A stretch of DNA of 64,000 bases, from NCBI GenBank assembly GCA_021734065.1, contig JAIPJQ010000002.1, positions 2,136 through 66,135 on the forward strand. The letters run 5' to 3'. The position numbers and the translations under genes are program-made. Shown here one piece after another: positions 59,542 to 64,000 of the stretch. The notes beneath the pieces are model-generated. The model worked only from the letters and a program-made list of their open reading frames with translations. It did not search any database and was not told where the DNA came from. The DNA is from Fidelibacterota bacterium (GTDB lineage Bacteria > Fidelibacterota > UBA8477). How positions within the stretch are numbered: position 1 is the stretch's first letter; every line of letters starts with the position of its first letter.

Positions 59542-60301
59542 TAAGAATTTCAACACAGAGAATTTTCGCGGAATTCTATGGTCTTTCATCGCTGTTGCCG
59601 GTTTTGGTTTGCTGGGATTACTCAGCAGTCTGTATGGTGAACATGTGAATGCGGATGTGGTGCGACGGGTCACCATTTACGGGAACCGGATACTCAGTAC
59701 CGAGCGACTGGAGTCCATGCTGCAACCCTATATGTGGCAGCGACTGGAGGCCATTGACGCCGATTCGGTACAGCATCAATTTCTACAGCATCCCCTGGTG
59801 AAAGCTGTGAAAGTAAACCGCATTTTCCCGGATGAGCTTCAGGTGCATATTCGTGAAGTTCATCCCATCGCCTACCTCCAGAGTTCACGGTATTTAAGCA
59901 TTGATATGGACAACAAGGTTCTGCCGTTACCCGATTACGGGATGATCTATACCATGCCCATTATCACCAATATCGGGAATGTTGCAGAGATTGAATCCGA
60001 TGCGATTCTCCAGGATAATTACATCAACCAACTGGTGGACTTCCTGAAACAGCTTCGCAAAGCGTACCCACACATTTATTACGACATTTCAGAAATCAGC
60101 TACTCAGATAAGGAAGGATTAAAAGTTATCACCAGTACAAACAGTACCCCGGTCTACCTGGGAACATACGACCAACTCCCCCTCCGCGTCGCAACGCTGG
60201 ACGCGTTTATCAGACAATTGGATCAGGGGCTGGTTCTCCCGGCGTATCGTTATATGGACCTACGATTTGCAAACCAAGTGGTGGTAAAGGAACGCAATTA
60301 A
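59534..60301 (+). CDS. ftsQ: Cell division protein FtsQ (POTRA domain)
   Basis: Bitopic. Start at ATG 59534 (MINKNF...), overlapping the murC stop. Confidence 0.7.
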   Translation: MINKNFNTENFRGILWSFIAVAGFGLLGLLSSLYGEHVNADVVRRVTIYGNRILSTERLESMLQPYMWQRLEAIDADSVQHQFLQHPLVKAVKVNRIFPDELQVHIREVHPIAYLQSSRYLSIDMDNKVLPLPDYGMIYTMPIITNIGNVAEIESDAILQDNYINQLVDFLKQLRKAYPHIYYDISEISYSDKEGLKVITSTNSTPVYLGTYDQLPLRVATLDAFIRQLDQGLVLPAYRYMDLRFANQVVVKERN

Positions 60302-61554
60302 TGGCACAGTATCAATCAATCGTCATGGGGGTAGATGTAGGAAGCAGCGAAATCTGCACGTTGGTAGCCGGTTCACATCCGGAAACCGAACAAATTGTGT
60401 TGTTGGGAATGGGCGTGACACCCAGCACCGGCTTACGGCGTGGCATGGTGGTGGACATTGACAGTATGAGTCGCGCCATTGGTGACTCCATTGAACTGGC
60501 AGTGAAGGAAGCCGGTGTGCATCCTGACCAGGCGTATGTGAGTATCGCAGGTGAGCACATCGTGAGCCTGAATTCCACTGGTGTCATCGGTATTTCCAAA
60601 CGTGGCAACGCACCGGCAACGATTGCAGAAATCACGGAAGATCATGTAGCGCAGGTACTGGAAGCTGCCAAAGCCATGAAGCTCCCGGAAGGTCGGGAAA
60701 TTATACACACCATCCCCCAGCAGTTTGCTGTAGACGAAGAGCACGGAATTCTGAACCCGGTGGGAATGACCGGCCGCCGTTTGGAGTCCCAGACGCACCT
60801 CATTACCGGTTCACAATCCGCCACGCGGAATCTGGTGCACGCTTTTACCTGGTCGGGTACGAAAGTCCGCCAATTCGTCTTCAGTGCGCTGGCGGCTTCC
60901 CGGTCAACCCTGAGTAAGGACGAGCAAAATATCGGTGTGGGACTGCTGGATATTGGGCGGGACGCCACCACCTGTGTTGTCTTTAATGAATTTGATGTTC
61001 AGTACTCCGATGTACTGTCCATCGCCTCCGGCGCAATCAGCAGTGACATTTCCCAGCTATTACGCATTACAGCCAGTCAGGCTGATGAATTGAAAATTAA
61101 GTACGGCTCCTGCTGGGTGGAGGATACCGCCCGGGACAAGCTGTTTGAAGTAAAGGGTGTGGGTGGCCGGCCCGATGAGAATGTGAGTGAAACTGAATTG
61201 GCTGAATATATCGAAGCCCGTATGGATGAGATCCTGCACCTGGAACGGGATCGCATGTTCCGGGCGGGCGTGTTGAAATATTTACACTCAGGTATCGTCA
61301 TTACCGGTGGCGGTGCGCGACTGCGTGGTCTTATTCCTTTGGCTGAGAAGATCTTCCAGGTTCCGGTTCGTATTGGTACGCCCAGGGACATTTCAGACCC
61401 CAATAATCCCGCGCGTTTACAGGACAGTGCCTACTGCACCGCCGCCGGTCTGGTTTTATACGCCATGGAAGACGCAGGCGGTGGCCGGTGGAACCGCAAG
61501 CAGGTGGGCAAATTCCTGGGACGGATAAAAGATTTTTTGAAGGACAACTTTTGA
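60301..61554 (+). CDS. ftsA: Cell division protein FtsA
   Basis: Actin-fold protein. MGVDVGSSEI. Confidence 0.9.
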   Translation: MAQYQSIVMGVDVGSSEICTLVAGSHPETEQIVLLGMGVTPSTGLRRGMVVDIDSMSRAIGDSIELAVKEAGVHPDQAYVSIAGEHIVSLNSTGVIGISKRGNAPATIAEITEDHVAQVLEAAKAMKLPEGREIIHTIPQQFAVDEEHGILNPVGMTGRRLESQTHLITGSQSATRNLVHAFTWSGTKVRQFVFSALAASRSTLSKDEQNIGVGLLDIGRDATTCVVFNEFDVQYSDVLSIASGAISSDISQLLRITASQADELKIKYGSCWVEDTARDKLFEVKGVGGRPDENVSETELAEYIEARMDEILHLERDRMFRAGVLKYLHSGIVITGGGARLRGLIPLAEKIFQVPVRIGTPRDISDPNNPARLQDSAYCTAAGLVLYAMEDAGGGRWNRKQVGKFLGRIKDFLKDNF

Positions 61555-61581
61555 AAAAAGTAAGAATACAAGGAGGTTCAC

Positions 61582-62820
61582 ATGTTGTTCGAATTTGATG
61601 ATCTCGCCAGACAAAAAGCGAAGATGCGTGTTGTTGGTATCGGTGGAGCCGGTGGCAATGCGATTAACCGAATGATCAACGCCCAATTATCCGGCGTGGA
61701 ATTCATCGCCGTGAATACCGATGCTCAGGCATTGGATAATAATCTGGCAGATGTCAAACTCCAGATCGGTAAACAGCTCACCAAAGGATTGGGAGCCGGT
61801 GCGAATCTGGAAATCGGCCGCGATGCAGCTGAAGAGGATCAACAGGCCGTTTCAGCAGTACTGGACGGTGCTGATATGATTTTCATCACCGCCGGAATGG
61901 GTGGCGGAACCGGCACCGGTGCTGCCCCGGTCATTGCGAAAATTGCCAAGGAGCAGGGTGCACTGACGGTTGGTATCGTCACCACGCCGTTCCGATTTGA
62001 AGGTCCGCTGCGCACCAAGCGTGCGTTGGAGGGGATTCAGTATCTGAAAGACCATGTGGACACACTCATCGTGATCCCCAATCAGCGTCTTTTGGAAGTG
62101 GTGGAACGCGGTACCAGCATTACGGAAGCCTTTCTCGTGGCTGACAGCGTCCTGCATCAGGCGACCAAGGGCATTTCTGACCTGATCAACATCCATGGTC
62201 TCATCAATCTGGATTTTGCAGATGTAAAGACCATCATGTCCGGTATGGGTGATGCCATCATGGGTACCGGTCAGGCGACCGGCGAAGAGCGTGCGGTTCT
62301 GGCTGCGCAATCAGCCATTTCTTCCCCATTGCTGAATAACACCGATATCAATGGTGCCCGGGGCTTGTTGGTGAATGTCACTGGCGGTCCGGATCTTTCG
62401 CTGATGGAAGTGGACGAGGCCATGAATATCATCTACGATGAAGTTGGTGAAGAAGCCAATATCATCTTCGGTGCGGTGATTGATGAGGAGATGGAAGGGC
62501 AGATCAGCGTTACGATTATCGCCACAGGTTTTAACCAGGAATCGGTGCGTAAGGTGGAAGAAAAGCGGGACGAGCCCAAGATTGAGCGGCGCCCGGATTT
62601 CTCCTACAACGATCAGCCGGCTATCGCGACCGAAACACCGGTAAATGGCGATGCAGCCCAGGCTTCCATGGATAAACAGAAGGAAAATTACCTGGATGTA
62701 CCGGCCTATAAACGCCGGATTGAGCGACAGGAATCGGGCAGTGAGAGCAAATCGGTGACGCATCACTTCGGTGATGACTTTGTGATTCCCGAATTCTCGA
62801 AACGGCCTTCATTCCGGTAA
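61582..62820 (+). CDS. ftsZ: Cell division protein FtsZ
   Basis: [13 protein letters not shown] tubulin signature. AAGGAGG ribosome-binding site. Confidence 0.95.
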   Translation: MLFEFDDLARQKAKMRVVGIGGAGGNAINRMINAQLSGVEFIAVNTDAQALDNNLADVKLQIGKQLTKGLGAGANLEIGRDAAEEDQQAVSAVLDGADMIFITAGMGGGTGTGAAPVIAKIAKEQGALTVGIVTTPFRFEGPLRTKRALEGIQYLKDHVDTLIVIPNQRLLEVVERGTSITEAFLVADSVLHQATKGISDLINIHGLINLDFADVKTIMSGMGDAIMGTGQATGEERAVLAAQSAISSPLLNNTDINGARGLLVNVTGGPDLSLMEVDEAMNIIYDEVGEEANIIFGAVIDEEMEGQISVTIIATGFNQESVRKVEEKRDEPKIERRPDFSYNDQPAIATETPVNGDAAQASMDKQKENYLDVPAYKRRIERQESGSESKSVTHHFGDDFVIPEFSKRPSFR

Positions 62821-62844
62821 AACCGGGTCACACTTTCGTGGTCC

Positions 62845-62892
62845 GTGAGGCACAACATGGAACCTCACCGTGTTGCAGTGAAATCACACGGT
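62845..62892 (+). terminator. Post-ftsZ hairpins (possible terminator)
   Basis: GTGAGG...CCTCAC, then ACCGTGT-(12 nt)-ACACGGT followed by TTGTATAT. A further GGGGGTC/GACCCC hairpin lies at 62911..62927. Confidence 0.35.
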
Positions 62893-62959
62893 TTGTATAT
62901 CCACCTCCGGGGGTCGATCTGACCCCTGGGGGCTTACTTCTCTTCATCTACTGATTTCT

Positions 62960-64000
62960 GTTTTTGTGGAATGGGATTGGTTTCAATATAAGTATATTTT
63001 CGATGGAATATAATTAATTAAAGCACTCCGTGCCTACCGGGCTTCTTTACTACCATATATTATATTTTTTATAGATTCTTTTATATTTATTTCAACCTTA
63101 TAATTACGTATGAAAACTATATGCTATTTGCGTGAGCCCCTGATATATTATACCACTTGGAGATAATAGAACTTGGGGAATTTATTGTGAATGACCAGCC
63201 AATCTTGATTAAATCGATTGACCAGATTAAGAAGAATTCAGGTCTCTACCAATATGCCGAAGATAAAGTTAAGCAGACAATAATTCTACAGATACTTCAA
63301 AACTGTGGTTGGGATATTTTTTCAGCTAATGAGGTACAGCCAGAATATCCAGTAAATGCTGGAAAAGATGGCCGGGTTGATTACTGCTTGATGATAAATA
63401 ATTACCCAAAATATTTCATTGAAGCTAAAAGGGCTTCTGAGGATCTCTCAAATCACGAAGAACAGCTAATCAAGTACTGTATAGCTTATGGGGTAAGTCT
63501 AGCCATCTTAACAAACGGCCATACATGGTGGTTTTATCTTCCTCTAACGGAAGGCAAGTGGGAGGAAAAGAAATTTTATTCTATTGACCTTGGAGAACAG
63601 ACTAGCATAGATATTGCCGATCGGTTTGTTCAATTTTTACAAAAAGATAACGTCTCAAATGAGGAAGCTCTTACTGCTGCGAAAGAGCTATATAACAGCA
63701 GAAAAAAGAATAAAATTATTCGACAAACACTACCAGATGCTTTGAACCGTATTATATCTGAACCGGATGAGTTTTTCGTTGAATTATTAAGTGAAACGGT
63801 TGAAAAAATTTGTGGATATAAACCAAATGACAGGGTGATACTTGATTTCATCAAAGAGTCAAATTTTCTGCAACCTAAAAATGAAATTCAAAGGGTAAGA
63901 GAGCGTCATAGCCCCGATCGCATTAATCCTATAAAAACCAGGGAGATCCATCCTCAGCAACAAAAAAAATCTCTAATATGGCAGATTGAAAATGTCCAAC
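62960..64000. other. AT-rich (~33% GC) compositional island beginning ~140 nt after ftsZ and truncated by the window end
   Basis: A sharp drop from about 52% to about 33% GC is visible by eye. Confidence 0.5.
63187..64000 (+). CDS. PD-(D/E)xK nuclease-fold protein with a type I restriction enzyme HsdR-N-like domain (5' partial; runs off the window end)
   Basis: Open frame from GTG 63187 (or TTG 63157) to position 64000 with no stop. Contains RVDYCLMINNYPKYFIEAKRASEDL (D...EAK) and GVSLAILTNGHTWWFY, as in HsdR_N/Mrr-like domains. Not in the ORF track because it has no stop. Confidence 0.5.
   Translation, partial: MNDQPILIKSIDQIKKNSGLYQYAEDKVKQTIILQILQNCGWDIFSANEVQPEYPVNAGKDGRVDYCLMINNYPKYFIEAKRASEDLSNHEEQLIKYCIAYGVSLAILTNGHTWWFYLPLTEGKWEEKKFYSIDLGEQTSIDIADRFVQFLQKDNVSNEEALTAAKELYNSRKKNKIIRQTLPDALNRIISEPDEFFVELLSETVEKICGYKPNDRVILDFIKESNFLQPKNEIQRVRERHSPDRINPIKTREIHPQQQKKSLIWQIENVQ

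Noticed and set aside
63630-63854. 74-aa minus-strand ORF in the AT-rich island
   Set aside because: Embedded in the longer open plus-strand frame that carries a recognisable PD-(D/E)xK motif.
1-64000. CRISPR arrays, rRNA, tRNA and IS elements
   Set aside because: No short regularly spaced direct repeats, no rRNA-like conserved stretches and no cloverleaf-compatible segments in the intergenic regions I examined. No transposase or integrase-like ORFs. The only compositional anomaly is the terminal AT-rich island.

Overview
This 64 kb window is a bacterial chromosomal segment at about 52% GC. Ribosome-binding sites of the AGGAGG type are present (for example before ftsZ and before the 8793..9815 gene). 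A gingipain-like (C25) protein carries a type IX secretion system (T9SS) C-terminal domain, so the source is probably a member of the Fibrobacteres–Chlorobi–Bacteroidetes (FCB) group, but not a classical Bacteroidetes. I cannot name the organism.

Gene content, in order:
- **1–3.7 kb:** a partial BadF-type ATPase, a family 2 glycosyltransferase, alanine racemase and the histone-like protein HU.
- **3.8–21.5 kb:** an unusually long co-directional gene array on the minus strand. It runs TPR lipoprotein, cdsA, oppA, oppB, oppC, then a seven-gene block of unknown function (a glutamate-mutase-L-like ATPase of the ASKHA fold, a 375-aa protein, a small membrane protein and four multi-pass membrane proteins), then a single OppD/F-type ATPase, a degenerate ABC ATPase, an ABC-2 permease and a nucleoside-deoxyribosyltransferase-like protein. 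The seven-gene block interrupting the peptide transporter operon is the best candidate for an undescribed system.
- **21.4–29.7 kb:** a housekeeping string: cobB, recX, recA, thpR, cinA, pgpA, pgsA, recR, ybaB, dnaX, then a 4.5S signal-recognition-particle RNA.
- **29.9–38.2 kb:** tkt, an M18 aminopeptidase, dprA, obg, a lipoprotein, rlmI and iaaA.
- **38.3–45.1 kb:** a secreted CBM9/DUF5916 protein transcribed divergently from a 1303-aa C25 peptidase with a T9SS C-terminal domain.
- **45.1–62.8 kb:** maf, a RodZ-like protein, then a complete cell-division/cell-wall cluster: mraZ, rsmH, ftsL, ftsI, murE, murF, mraY, murD, ftsW, murG, murC, ftsQ, ftsA, ftsZ.
- **After ftsZ:** GC drops abruptly to about 33%, and a partial gene with a PD-(D/E)xK nuclease-like domain runs off the window end.

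Other notable points are an A9 run in dnaX at the position where other bacteria recode to make the short gamma subunit, direct GTGGG repeats upstream of mraZ that look like an MraZ operator, and a structured terminator-bearing leader between hup and alr. I saw no CRISPR array, rRNA or tRNA.
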